A stretch of 64,000 nt of DNA from Octopus sinensis (taxonomy: Eukaryota): the NCBI RefSeq assembly GCF_006345805.1, contig NC_043016.1, positions 20,398,001 through 20,462,000 on the forward strand, written 5' to 3'. Shown piece after piece: positions 38,201-51,004 of the stretch. The number at the start of each line of letters is the position of its first letter. Position 1 is the stretch's first letter. Both the position numbers and the translations under genes were made by a program. Under the pieces are notes generated by a model, which made no database searches, was not told where the DNA came from, and saw only the letters and a program-made list of their open reading frames with translations.

Positions 38201-39679
38201 GCACAACTGCTGACTGAGAGGCCTTCCCTTCAAGGTCCTGCCTCATTTATGCTGTTATCACTAGAGTTTCTGTTTAAACTCATATCTCTTTACAGTTTTC
38301 ATATTCCAAGTTCTTTCTATTCCAACTTTTAAAGGATTGTATTTTGTTTTGTTCTTTGTCTTCTTTACAATCCTGGAATCAAGCAGACATGATGGACCAA
38401 TTAATAAGCAGCTTTGCTTTTCCTTGTCTATTATTTTCATGTCTGGTCTATTATTTTCTAGCCTCTTATCTGTTTTAATAGAAAAGTCCCACAAAATCTC
38501 ACATTTCTCCAACTCCAGCACTCTTTCAACCAGATGTTCATACTATGTATCTCCAGCTTCAAATCTTCATTTTTGTCAAAACTTCCAGTGTAAAGCTTTT
38601 ACAACTTGGACTTGCCTCCATTTCTTATATTCTTCCTGTGTCAACTTGGACATTTTACAACATTGTGTGCCAATGTCTCATTCCAAGTTCCACAAACTCT
38701 ACATTTTTTTGACACATTTTTCCTCAAGTTATTTGTTTTTATCACTTGATCCTGTGGTGTTACAATTAGGCTCTCCTTTTTTTTTATTGCCCTTTCTTTA
38801 ACCTAGCCAAGTATTTTGTTCCACATACATCTACAGTGGCTTTCCAAAATTGATCATGCAAAAGTTTCTCTTCAATCAGTCTAATGTACTCTGTATTTCA
38901 TTCTTGTCCTTTTCTCTTATTTCTCACTTAATCACTTGTTCCTTATTCACTGTCTTTTGCAGTTTCTCTGTGCTGTTCTGTAAATATTCTAGTAGGCTTT
39001 TTCATTCCATTTGTACACACTCTTCCATAGCAATTAAGCCTCTTCCACCCTGGTCCCTCTTCAGGTACAGCTGGTTGATATCACCTTTAGGGTGATGGGC
39101 TCTATACATTGTCAACAGCATTCTAGTTTTTCTGTTAAGCTTCTGTATGTCGTCTTTGGTCCAGTCTGCAATTCCAACTCTAGAGTTATGCATTTATTGC
39201 TTCAATGACATTTTTAAAATTCAGCTTTGACTGTAGTAATTTTCTCACTCTCTTTGAGAACTCTCTACAGGTAATTTTTTTCATTTTTTATTTCATCTGC
39301 TTCCTGTATCCCCAAATACTTATATCACTGTCCTTTTTCAACCGCTTTCATTGTTTGCCCATTTAGCATTTCAATTCCCTGGCTTTCTTCAAATCTTGTT
39401 TCATTTTCAAAATAGTGCACTTTTCTATCTCAAATTCCATACCTTCATCATTGAGAAAATGCATACTGTATGTATATAAGACTGTCAAGCTGTCTCTCAT
39501 TTTTCATGTAAATCTTTATATCATCCATAAAAAGGAAATGATCTGTCTGATCATATTCTTTTCCCAAATTATAAGCTATTTTAACTTTTCGCAATATCAA
39601 ACTGAGCAGTATCATGGCCAATACAACTAAAACATCTGATGTTCAATTTTCCAAGTTGTTGTTATCCTCCAATCAATTT

Positions 39680-40042
39680 AGTATCTGAGCGTGACAGTTG
39701 CCAGAGCGGCTATCTGGCCTCCGTGCCAGTGGCACGTAAAAGACACCATCTGAGCATGATCGTTACCAGCATCGCCTTACTGGCACCTGTGCTGGTGGCA
39801 TGTGTAAAAGATTCGAGCGAGGTCATTGCCAGTACCGCCTGACTGGCCCCGTGCCAATGACACGTAAAAGCACCCACTACACTCTCAGAGTGGTTGGCAT
39901 TAGGAAGGGCATCCAGCTGTAGAAATTCTGCCAGATCAAGATTGAAGCCTGGTGCAACCATCTGGTTCGCCAGCCCTCAGTCATTCGTCCAACCCATGCT
40001 AACATGGAAAGCGGACGTTAAACGATGATGATGATGATGATG
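39680..40042 (+). mobile_element. RTE 3' UTR-derived repeat inserted in R4 copy A
   Basis: Ends ccaacccatgctaacatggaaagcggacgttaaac(gat)n. Confidence 0.8.
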
Positions 40043-40586
40043 AATGTTTCATACTTTCATTAACCATTTTCTCCATATTTTCTGCCACTCTAAATATGCT
40101 TATTGTTTTACTTATCCAACAGTGCAGTATCATGCCACATGCTTTTTTGTTATCTAACCATGCTACATTCAGTCCCATCAATATGCGTCAGCATCATCAT
40201 CATCATTGTTTAATGTCCATCTTCTATGATAGCATGGGTGGGACAACAATCTTTAATTATTATTTTATCAACTAATAAGTGGTCTTTTGTTGCACTACTT
40301 TGTTTCCTGCATCCTTTATGCTCTTTTGGAAATAGATTGTTACTTTTGTTACTTTTGTAGTGAAATATATAGATGGTACTGTGTGTTTAATGTGGCTGTG
40401 TGTATGTTATCACAAGAGTTCATACAGAGATGAAAGAATAAATACACGATCTATATGTTTCCTACATAAAAATATATTCTATTCTTCTTTCGATGATTAT
40501 ACATGAAATCAAAAAGTAGAAACTAGTTGAATGAAGTGATCTTTGCAAGAACGTTCAGAGATAGGAAATGTAGAACAACAACAAAG

Positions 40587-40822
40587 TTTTTATTTCTTTA
40601 TTGCCTACAAGGGGCTAAACACAGAGGGGACAAACATGGACAGACAAAGGGATTAAGTCGATTACATTGACCCCAGTGCGTAACTGGTAATTAATTTATC
40701 GACCCCGAAAGGATGAAAGGCAAAGTCGACCTCGGCGGAATTTGAACTCAGAACATAACGGCAGACGAAATACGGCTACGCATTTCGCCCGCCGTGCTAA
40801 TGTCTCTGCCAGCTCACTGCCT
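40587..40822 (-). mobile_element. tRNA-derived SINE, well preserved
   Basis: Head ggcagtgagctggcagag, B-box-like gttctgagttcaaattcc, AATAAAGAAATA tail. Confidence 0.85.
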
Positions 40823-41739
40823 TATGCAAAGTGGTGGCTTTCAGTTATATCTGTTATAGGGCATAGAGAAATAGATGTACATAGCAACAACATGAATAGC
40901 TCTAAGTCTAATCGACTAAGAAGCGAAAAGCTATGTTAGCAAGCTGTTTTTATTAATGGAACGCTAGGCATTCTAGAAACTTCGAAGAGAAACGCCAAGC
41001 TTCTTGAATAATTAAGAATTGCATCTCAAAACTATTACAAGGGAAATCATTCAACTATCTATCTACCACTACACTTTCTAGATGATTATATAGTTTTTCT
41101 GATCATAAGTTTCCACATAAGTGGTAAACAGATTATAGGTCAAAAATTTGATGCTAAGTTACCTTTCAAAGGATCCTTGAGACATAACTGCATTCATCGA
41201 CTTGTCATCCAGGTAGGGATGTGACCATGCTGCAGGCAGTCATCCAGTTGTGCAGCAATCCTTTCATGCAACTGTGTAAAGTTTTCTAGCCAATAGCCTT
41301 GTACTCCATCTGGACCAGGTCCTTTCCAGTTTGCTATTTTTTTTTACTACAGTTTCACTGTATAGAGATCAATTCTGATGTTTCTTTTTTGTCATAGCAC
41401 AGTTGCAAGTTGCCTTTCTACCTGTGTTAGATACTCTGCACTTTCTTTATGTTTTTGTGGCCTGTTCCACAGTTCTCCCCAAACTATTTTACTTTCTTCG
41501 GCATCAGGAATCAGTTTCTGATGTTGGTCCCTCTATTTCCTCAAAAAGATATCTTCTATTTCTGTTCAAAACTTTTGCATCTACCATCATATCTTTTCAA
41601 TTTGGCCTTTAATGCTGTCACCCTTTGTGACAATTCTTCATGTACTGTTTGTTTTCCCCATTCTTCTATTTTGTATTGTCCATTCATTTTTCTGGTTACT
41701 ACCTCTTTCTTGAATTCTCCTCTCATTATCTTATTCAAA

Positions 41740-41957
41740 GGCGGTGAGCTGGCAGAAACGTTAGCACACCAAATGAAATGCTTAACAGTATTTCGTTTGT
41801 CATTACGTTCTGAGTTCAAATTCCACTGAGATCAACTCTGCCTTTCATCTTTTCGGAGTCAATAAATTAAGTACCAGTTGCATACTGGGGTCGATCTAAT
41901 CGACCAGCCCCCTCCCCCTAAATTTTGAGCCTTGTGCCTAGAGTTGAAAAGATTATC
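41740..41957 (+). mobile_element. tRNA-derived SINE
   Basis: ggcggtgagctggcagaaacgttagc...gttctgagttcaaattcc, same family as 40587-40822. Confidence 0.85.
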
Positions 41958-43559
41958 TTATCCAACTGCCCCAGTTCTTTCAGTGTCTTTTCCAACTTCA
42001 TTTGTATTCTCTTCTTCTAGTTTGGTTCTTTCTTTTCATTTCCTTTCATTTCTTCAGTTTTCCACTTGTATCCTACTAAGTCAAGTACAGCATTAGCTGC
42101 ATCTAGGATTAGCTGGTTTGTTTCACTAATATTTTGTTTTAACCAAGCTCAAAATGCCATTTACTTTGCCTGTGACTCTCCCTGCTTTCCCTCTGTCCAT
42201 ATATCTTACATTTGGTGGTACTTCGTTGTTCCCATCACACATTTTACCTTGCAGCATTTCTAGAATCACCTTCTTTTCATCATTCAAGTTTTGAGCAGCA
42301 TTTACTGTCACTTGTCCAACTAGATCTTCATTATTTACTTCATCAGCAATCTCAGGCACATAGTGATTTTCTTCTCTTTCATATTCTGCATCTCTTACCC
42401 CTTTATTACCACTTTCTGTTACTGCTGTTTTTCTCTCTTCCTTCTCATTTTTCATTCTTCTCTGGATTTCTTCAACTCCTAATCCTGTAATCCAGTCATT
42501 CATATGAATTGCCCTTGCCTGGTCACTGAGTGGATGCTTCAAAAACTCCTTTTTCATCACATATTCTCTTTATTTATTTCATGAAACCCCTTTTATTTGG
42601 CTCACTTCTCAGCCAGCATTCAATTACAATTTTTTTTACCTCTTTTTCCTATTTCAATGATTTCATTTTGTACTTTTGACTTTGATTCTGATCCTGATCT
42701 TGATGATGACCTGCCAGAGCTTGATCAGACACTCCCTGCTGTATGTGACACTGTCACTATTAACAGTTCCATTCCTGTTAGCATACATGCCATTGTATAA
42801 TACCTTGTATTTCATATTTTCACTCATGGGGATTATTACGATAATTTGACACAACCATCGATGTTTTTATTGAGACACGATCTCTACAGGTACTGCCAAC
42901 CAAGGATAAAGGGACACTCTGCAAAACCAAAAATATGGTACCCTAATCATAATACTGACTTGAACTTCTAACTTGTTTTGAGATAAATAGTGCCTGACCT
43001 TGCAGGTGAGGCCCAATTAGAATTTTCTTCTGGTTGAGTAGCCCATCTTGCTCAAAAGGTCCCTGAATAAGGTTTGTTTAATCCTTTAGTGTTCAGATTA
43101 ATCTATCAAAAGTAATGCTTATTTGTTCACATTATTTTGAATTATCCAGGTTCAAGTGGGGTGTCCACAATATTTGCTAGTAACTTTGTTAATTTTTTAC
43201 ATACAGATTTGAAATTTTGTCAGTGGGTGCTTATATGCCAGTGGATTATAGTTATGTAATTCTAGCTGATCTTGCTGATTAAATTTGACTTTTATGGGCA
43301 GTTAAATTTAATTAACAGTTGTAAAAGCAATAACATTATGGATAAACACTAAAATTGAAATTTTTAATGCATCTTACCTGTTTGATTTGTTACAAAAATT
43401 ATTCCAGATGTCAACTGCCAACAATTTGGCCACTTGAAGTACAAGTACAATAATTTGAATTAATTAAAGTACAGGTATAATTGGTACAAGATTTTATTCT
43501 TTCTCTATATTTCATTCAAACATGTTCATTGAAAATAAAGTACAAAAATCTTTTACTAG

Positions 43560-45420
43560 TCAATATACCATTGGCTATTATTATGTCTCAGTCTTAGAGC
43601 TTGTACTGAGTTTTTGCCCAAGCACTAAGAATTTCAACAAGAATAAACTAGCTCAAGGACTATTTCAGTTTGTCCTTTGTCACAAGAAAAAATGCAACGA
43701 GGAGTCAGAAAACCCTATGTTTACTAAAAATAAAAATGATGATGATTGAATCTGGCATAATTGAATTGAAAAGAATCCCAATTGGTTTCCAGATAAAGTT
43801 AGGGATGGACGTTCACAAGCACTACTGGAATTTCTTGAATCTTGTCAGGCAGGCATTAGAGAAAGCCTTAAAACAAGTGGAAAGAAGTCCTGGTATAACC
43901 TCACAAATTCCCAATCTTACGCACTCCAACATAATAATGATTCTATTGTTATTAAGATGGCAGATAAGGGAAGTGCTATCATAATAAAGGACAAAAGTTG
44001 AGTATATTTCAGCTTGTGAAGAAGTTTTAAATGACAAAACTTCATATGAAGAATTACCTGTCGATCCAAACCCCAATTACAGAGAAGAACTTGACAAAAT
44101 AATTCTGGAAATGGAGGAAGACAATTTCGTTAATAAGGCTAAATCTAAGATTTTAAGGTCAGAAAGAACACCTGTATTTTATGGTCTCCTTAAAATACAC
44201 AAAAAGTTTGCAAGATTTCCTCCAATGCGCCCAATTTGCAGCAGATATGAATGCTGCATAGCCAACATTTTGGAATGGCTGGATGGCTTTCTAATCCCTG
44301 TTGCAAAACGATCAAGTTCCTATATTCGGGATACATTTGATTTTGTATCTAAAATCAACAACTTTTTTAACCACCGAGGCTGTATTAAGAACTGTTTTTT
44401 GGTAACTATGGATGTTTCTTCCTTATACCCCAATATTGACCACAATGAAGGGGTAGAGGCATGCATGGATGCCTTCGAAAAACAGTCAAACAAAAGTATT
44501 CCATCAAATTTTCTCTGTAGATTATTGAGGTTTGTGTTAGAAAATAACACAATGAAGTTTAGACAAAGATTTTACCACCAGGTGAAGGATTGCACCATGG
44601 GTACCCCCGCATGACAGTTAATTTTGAAAATATCTTCATGACGAAATTCAAAACACAGTTACTGAAGACATTCAAATCCCTTCATGGGACCTCTATATCT
44701 GACTCCAAGAAAACGAACATTGGAGTATCTGCATGCTGTACCTTAAAGAACAGCTGTTTATTGTGCAACATGAGTGAAGTGAATTCCATCAGAAATCATA
44801 ACAGAAATGTTATGATTTATACAGAAGGTGGAACATGTAAAGATTCCCAGTTGGTGTGTGCTGCAGAATACATGAAACACAATTTATGTTGGTTGTACAA
44901 CAGAACAATTAAACAAAAGGTTTAATGGGCACAGATTCAATGTCAGGCACAACAACAGTAGTTTGACAGAACTTGCTGAACATTTGGTTTCAAGCAGCTG
45001 CAATTTTGAAGAAGACTTGAAAGTGCATATTCTCAGAAAATATTCTGAATCTGCTTCACTTTCACTTCTCAGAATGCACGAGGAGAAATATGTTTGTGAG
45101 TTATTAACATCACACCCTGGAGGAATGAATAAGATGACAGGAGAATATCATCAAATTTATACAAAACTGTTTGATTAAATATTCTTCTTTCTCTCTTTTT
45201 CTTTCCTTTTTTTGTTGTTTTCTTTTTTCTGTTTTTTTCTTTTGCGTGTTATAAAATTGTAACTTAAAAACTGCTGATGTATTCCATCAACGTGTGGACA
45301 CTGGTTGCTCTCATTCATACTTTACATTTAAATTTCTATAATTTTGAATTTTTATCACTTCTTATTTTGAACTTGACGAAGACAGACTTTCTGTTGAAAT
45401 ATCATTCAATCTATAAAATC
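43560..45420 (+). mobile_element. Penelope-like element (Cys-rich linker type), internally deleted
   Basis: LSFCP, IVIKMADKGSA, FYGLLKIHK, LVTMDVSSLYPNIDH, MGTP; motif C and thumb missing. Then CCTLKNSCLLC, GGTCKDSQL, RFNGHR, HPGGMN. HHR-like TTGACGA...GAAA at ~45373-45399. Confidence 0.85.
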
Positions 45421-45479
45421 TTACAATCAAATCATGCTCTTTGTCTTGACTATTGTTGTTGTTGTTGTTGTTGTTATCA

Positions 45480-46000
45480 AGTGAGAAAGCAGAGCATGCT
45501 GTTAAAGTGACACAGGAATACAAATAAATGAACCCTAGTATACCCATCATAACTACCCCTCTGATAAGGGTACACTAGGCACATGCATTACAGCCATATG
45601 TGCATGACATGGTGATCTCATATCAAGATAAACAGTGCATGACCTTGCAGGTAGGGCCCAGTTACAATTTTCTTCAGGTCAAGTAGCCCATCCTGCTCAA
45701 AAGATCCCTGAATAAGGGTTGTTTAAGGATGGTGAACAAAATACCCATGTTTCCAGAGGTGAATTATTTAAACTCCAAAGAATTCCTCTCAACATGCGGC
45801 TACAATGCTCCCTGACTACTTCTGTTTGTGATCAGTGATGCAGACATCATCAGCTACCAAGGGACATGCTCAACTGGTTAAGATCAAACACTTGACGAGC
45901 AGATCTGTGGTACTGAGCTGAATATTTGCTGTAGCCCATCTTTTACACCAAGACATGTATATGATAACACTTCCAATCAGTTAAGCCATGAGAGCCAGTA
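45480..46000. repeat. Interspersed repeat (partial second copy at ~42970-43078)
   Basis: Shared gaccttgcaggt.ggccca..ttttcttc.ggt..agtagcccatc..gctcaaaag.tccctgaataagg; flanked by (GTT)n. Confidence 0.7.
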
Positions 46001-46329
46001 ACCAGTATTGTGTCTTTCATATATAAAGTCTTGAAGGATTATTACTATGAGTTTTTCTTTCAGTTTTGTTTCCATTTCTTGCCAAATGTCTTCCCACTTC
46101 TAGGACAAAAAAAACACACGCATATATTAATAAGCCATTAAACTAAACACACCAGATTGTTCATTTTCAAAATGAAATCAAGTTATGCAAAAAATAAGTA
46201 AATAGTAAAAAAAAACTTTTAATAATGAAAAAGTAAAAAATAAAAATACAGAAAAAAATAAAATGCATTTCCCACATCAACAATGCTCTTCTCATTACAT
46301 GTGATGTACCAGCTAAAATAATCTTTTGC

Positions 46330-46880
46330 ACTTCTTACATGGATGGTAAGCCAAGGATCATCCCCAAATAATTTTTAGTTTCTTTTTTGATCATTCCAAG
46401 TGCTCCTACAGTCACTGGTATTGTAACCATCTTGAAATTCCACATTTTTTTCAATTTCAATGAGCAAATCTTTATATTTTCTGAGCTTGTCAAATTCTTT
46501 TGCTGAAATATGATCACAAGTAATTGCTCATGTCATTCAATGAACAGACTTTATTGTTTTGGTTTTTCACAACAATATCCAGTTTATTAGCTTTGATGGT
46601 TTGGTTTGTATGTACTGGAAAGTCACAAAGAATTGTTACATTTTCTCACTCAGTTACAACCTCAGGGTAGTGATTATACCATTTGTCAGCAGTTTTTAAT
46701 TTTATAATACTGATATTTGACAACTTTGTCATATCTTGATTCAGCTAAGACTTTACATCCAGAAATTAGGTGGTCCACTGTTTCAATCACATCATTGCAG
46801 AATTGGTATTTTGGATCTGCTCCATTTTTCATCACATTGACTTGCCAAGTCTGGTATGTCACCAGCTGAATTAATGTGCA
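46330..46880 (-). mobile_element. R4/Dong-like 3' fragment (copy D): CCHC finger + restriction-like endonuclease
   Basis: FCNDVIETVDHLISGC, WDFPVHTNQTIKANKPDIV and TIPVTVGALGMIKK. Confidence 0.8.
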
Positions 46881-46888
46881 CCAGAAAG

Positions 46889-48780
46889 GTATGATGATCA
46901 TCATCATCATCATTTAATGTCCATTTTCCATGCTAGCATGGGTTAGATGGGTTGACCAGGGTCTGGGAAGCCAGGAGGCTGCACCAGGCTCCAGTCTGAT
47001 CTGACAATGTTTCTACAGCTGGATGCCCTTCCTAACGCCAACCACTCTGAGAGTGTAGTGGGTGCTTTTTACGTGCCACTGGCACAGGTGCCAGAGGAGG
47101 CTGGCAGTGGCCACAATCAGTTGGTGCTTTTTACATGCCACCGGCATGGAAGCCAGTGAAGGTGGCACTGGCATCGGCCACGTTCGGATGGTGCTTTTTA
47201 CGTGCCACTGGCACAGGTATCACAACTACAATTTCCATTTGATTTTTATTTTGATGTTGATGTACTTGATTCAATAGGTCTCCTCAAGCACAGCAGGTCA
47301 CCCTATAATCCAAGGTAAACACAGCAGGCCATCCTGCAATCCAAGGTACTTTGGATGGGCTGGGGCTATGTGAAACTGGTGCAGGAAGCAGCCATGAACT
47401 CACATTATTTGTCGGGTCTTTGCATATCTCCAGAGATCTTGGTCTTTCATCATTGCCTCTGTGAGGCCCAACGTTCGAAGGTCATGCTTGACCACCTCAT
47501 CCCATGTCTTCCTGGGTCTACCTCTACCCTGGATTCCTTCAACTGTTTGGGAGTGGCACTTCTTCACACATCTCTCCTCATCCATCCGTAGTACATGACC
47601 ATACCAGTGCAAACGTCTCCCTTGCACGCCACATCCAATACTTCTTATGTCCAGCATTTCTCTCAGGGTGCTTACACTCTGTCATGTGTGCACACTGACA
47701 TTACACATCCAGTGGATCATGCTAGTTTAATTCCTTTCAAGCCTACACATGTCATCTGCAGACACAGCCCATGTTTCACTACTGTGAAGCATGGCAGTTC
47801 ACACACATGCAGTGTAAAATCTACCTTTCATGCTGAACAAGAGACCCTTTGTCACCAGTAGGAGTAGAAGCTTTCTAAACTTTTCCCAGGCTTTTTGTAT
47901 TCTAGTGGTGATACTCTCTGAGCATTCACCTCCACTACTAACTTGGTCACCTAGGTAGCAGAAGCTATCAACTACTTCTAGTTTCTCCCCATGGAATGTG
48001 ATGGAATCTGTTTTCTGAGTATCTGTGGTGTCTATTGCCCCTGTGCATCTGCTGCACACGAAAGCTATCTTCTCGGTTAATTTTCCTCTGATGTTGCTGC
48101 ATCTCTTATGCATCCATAGCTTTCACTGGGTACATCTTATGGAGTTTCTACCTACATCTTTTCTTCAGATCAAGCAGGGCCACCTACATGAGGGGGTGTG
48201 TGATAAGTTTGCCTGCCTACTTACTATAACTTTGGTCTTTGCTACATTGACTCTAAGGCCTTTTAATTCTAAACCTTGCTTCCACACCCGAAATTTCTTT
48301 TCTAGTTCCAGTAGTGATTCTGCTATGAGGACCAGGTCATCAGCATAGAGAAGCTCCCAGGGGCAACCCGTCTTGAATTCTTCTGTTATTGCCTAGAGGA
48401 CTATGATGAATAAAAGGGGACTGAGGGCTGAACCTTGGTGGACCCCTACTTCTACCCGGAATTCTTCACTATACTCATTGCCAATCCTAACCTTACTAAT
48501 GGCCTCTCTGTATAGGACCTGTACAGCCCTTATTAACCATTCATCAATCTCCAGTTTCCGCATTGCCCACCAGATAAGGGATCTGTAGCTCCTCCTCCCT
48601 CTCATCAAATTTCTTGTTGAGGATGTCCCTAAATCTCTGACCATGTGAAGAGTTCTTTAGCTTCCAAATCCTTCTTTTTGGGATTGGTCTGCTTCTTGGT
48701 ATCCTTCTGGCCTTGAGCTTAAGGTCACTAATGACTAGCCTATGCTGGGGGATACATTCTTCACCCAGGAGATCGATTCT
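46889..48780 (-). mobile_element. RTE LINE 3' portion with 3' UTR and (GAT)n tail
   Basis: IWWAMRKL, VGVHQGSALSPLLFIIVL, ELLYADDLVL, LEVVDSFCYLGD, RRLHWYGHVLRM...GRGRPRKTW. Confidence 0.9.
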
Positions 48781-49155
48781 AAATTAAAAACATTTGCCAA
48801 TTTCTCCCCAAGGAAATAATAAATAAATAAATAAAAGGAAAGTCAATCTCAAAGGGTGAGGTGTTGTATGGGGAATCTGTACATCCCTATGATTGGCTGA
48901 ATGAACTATACTAGTTTGTATAAATGAGCATGCACAGAACAGTCTGAGAGGAGTGTCATATGTGCAATCATAGCGTACAGGTTGTAGGAATTATTGAATA
49001 GAGATATCGTGGAGTGCTTATTGAAGATGCACAGTTGGAGAGTAATAAGAGAACATCAGGAACATTTGATATAACAGTGATGACGAGAAGTCATACGTCA
49101 TGTCAGTATGCAAATATTTATGTATGTATACACACACACATACATATACACATCA

Positions 49156-49440
49156 CCGTGACCAACCAGGCTATCACATGTTGCTATACATCGCTGGTCA
49201 CAATGCACTTCGCATTGTTTTAGCCTTCAAATGACACCACCCCGCTGGCTAAGTGAGCAGGCCAACAGAAGAAAGAGTGAGAGAAAGTTGTGGCGAAAGA
49301 ATACAGTAGGGATCACCACTACCCCCTGCTGGAGCCTCGTGGAGCTTTAGGTGTTTTCGCTCAATAAACACTCACAAGGCCCGGTCTGGGAATCGAAACC
49401 ACGAGTTTGCTGCCCTAACCACTGGGCCATTATGCCTCCA
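49156..49440 (-). mobile_element. tRNA-derived SINE (second family)
   Basis: Head tggaggcataatggcccagtggttagggcagc...ggtttcgattcccagaccgggc with A and B boxes; anticodon region deleted; long non-tRNA body. Confidence 0.8.
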
Positions 49441-51004
49441 CATATACATATATATTTTTATGTAAACTTAGGTCACAATATTTGGACTCAATCCAGTGGT
49501 ATTCATAAAAAAAGCCCCTTAGTATATCATGCTACGAAACTTATAGAATATACAGATACAATACAAGTGAAAACAAATACACACATAAACATATTACATG
49601 CAACACTCATATTTGGACATCAATATGAAGGCATGTGTGCATGCACAGTTAGACACATCTGGGAACACTATACACAGCACACATGTATCTAAACATTAAA
49701 ACACACATAAACATGCGCGTATAGTTTTTTTCTGTTTTCCTTCACTTTTTGAAATTTTAAAATCAAGGGAAAATTTTCAAGTTTGGTGTATTAAGGCAGT
49801 TTTTCATGGTGAATTTCAGGCCATTATTCTCTTGTTCCCCAAATTTTTTTTAAAGAGTTACTGAGGTTTAAGGTTTGATGATTTTTACCCAGTCAGAAAA
49901 CAGGATTTGGAAGCTGTCGTTTTGCATGTGACTACAATCTTATGACAACAAAGCATTCAAGGCAATATTAAGACAAGAAAACATGTTTTAAGTATTTAAT
50001 GGGACAAATGATAAAAAAGAGTAAACAATACACATTTTGTAATTTCCAGCATTTAATGCAAAAAAGATGACCAAAAAATAAACAAACTTCACAGTCATTG
50101 TGAATGGTATATATATATATAATAACAAAATAATAAATAAAACATATACATATATGTACGTACCTACATCTATATGTATATATAGGTACAGGACACCAAA
50201 AAAACATTGAACCGAAATGAAAACATAAAAACAGGACCATGGAAACGGACTTTTTTAAACAACGAAAAAACAGAGTACAAGACATACAACACAAGGAAAA
50301 TTCCCGTTCTTCAGCCGCCTCCGTTTTGTCTACTCCACGTTTCGAAGGTAAAGGCGAGACATGACTTCGGTGAAATGGTCCTTCCCGCAAATCAAATTAA
50401 ATAAAATTTGAGAATTTTTGTGGAGGGGTAAAAAATGGTAACAAAAACAGAACAGTAAAAACAATACAAGACTGTAAAAATACAAATAAAATTAAAAACA
50501 GTAAACGACAGGACAAGTAGAATAACAGTAATATGAACGTTAAGGGCTGTTAAGCTGAACGAAAGAAAAATTATTTTGAACGTGTGAGAAAGGGACAGGA
50601 TGCCGTCTATACTTGTTGAAGGCTGTGGTCAGAAAGACAGGACTCTGGTTACATGTCAGCGATGAGAGGGAGGAGGAGTAAGAGAAAGGGAACAGTTAAA
50701 GAGAGAGAATGATAGAGAAAACCAGAAAGAATGAAGAATGAGCGAGAGGGGGACAGTAAGGTTAAGAGTGTGCATATATATATATTAGGTTTGGAGATGA
50801 TGTACAGGTATTATATATTAGAAAAAATAAGGTACTCAGAAATTTGGATGGTTTTATATTTACAGATATTTATTAATGTCACATGTTTTTATAAATTATA
50901 TATATTAGCGCTTGCGTCCATTTTAGTGAAGTCATCAGATTGAACTTCAGGAATTTTGTCTCTTTTTATAGTATTATTGAGTGTGTACGAGTGGAGAGAG
51001 ATAT

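Larger units (their letters stand above)
38230..42870 (-). mobile_element. R4/Dong-like element copy A, near full length, decayed, with nested insertions
   Basis: SDQARAI, WKGPGPDGVQGYW, HKGCRKQSSATKDHLLVD, WLDNKKACGMI.HCW, HPKGDINQLYLKRDQGGRGL, then restriction-like endonuclease KCEILWDFSIKTDKRLENNRPD. Confidence 0.85.

Noticed and set aside
42970-43078. Possible HDV-like ribozyme upstream of R4 copy A
   Set aside because: A gaccu/aagguc pairing exists, but I could not build P2, a 3 bp P3, P1.1 and the catalytic J4/2 consistently in both copies (the other is at ~45630-45720).
40587-49440. tRNA genes
   Set aside because: The A/B-box heads belong to SINEs with long non-tRNA bodies and cannot form a full cloverleaf.
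50290-50350. CUGAAGA and GAAA words on minus in a CpG-rich repeat
   Set aside because: Wrong order and no consistent stems for any hammerhead topology.
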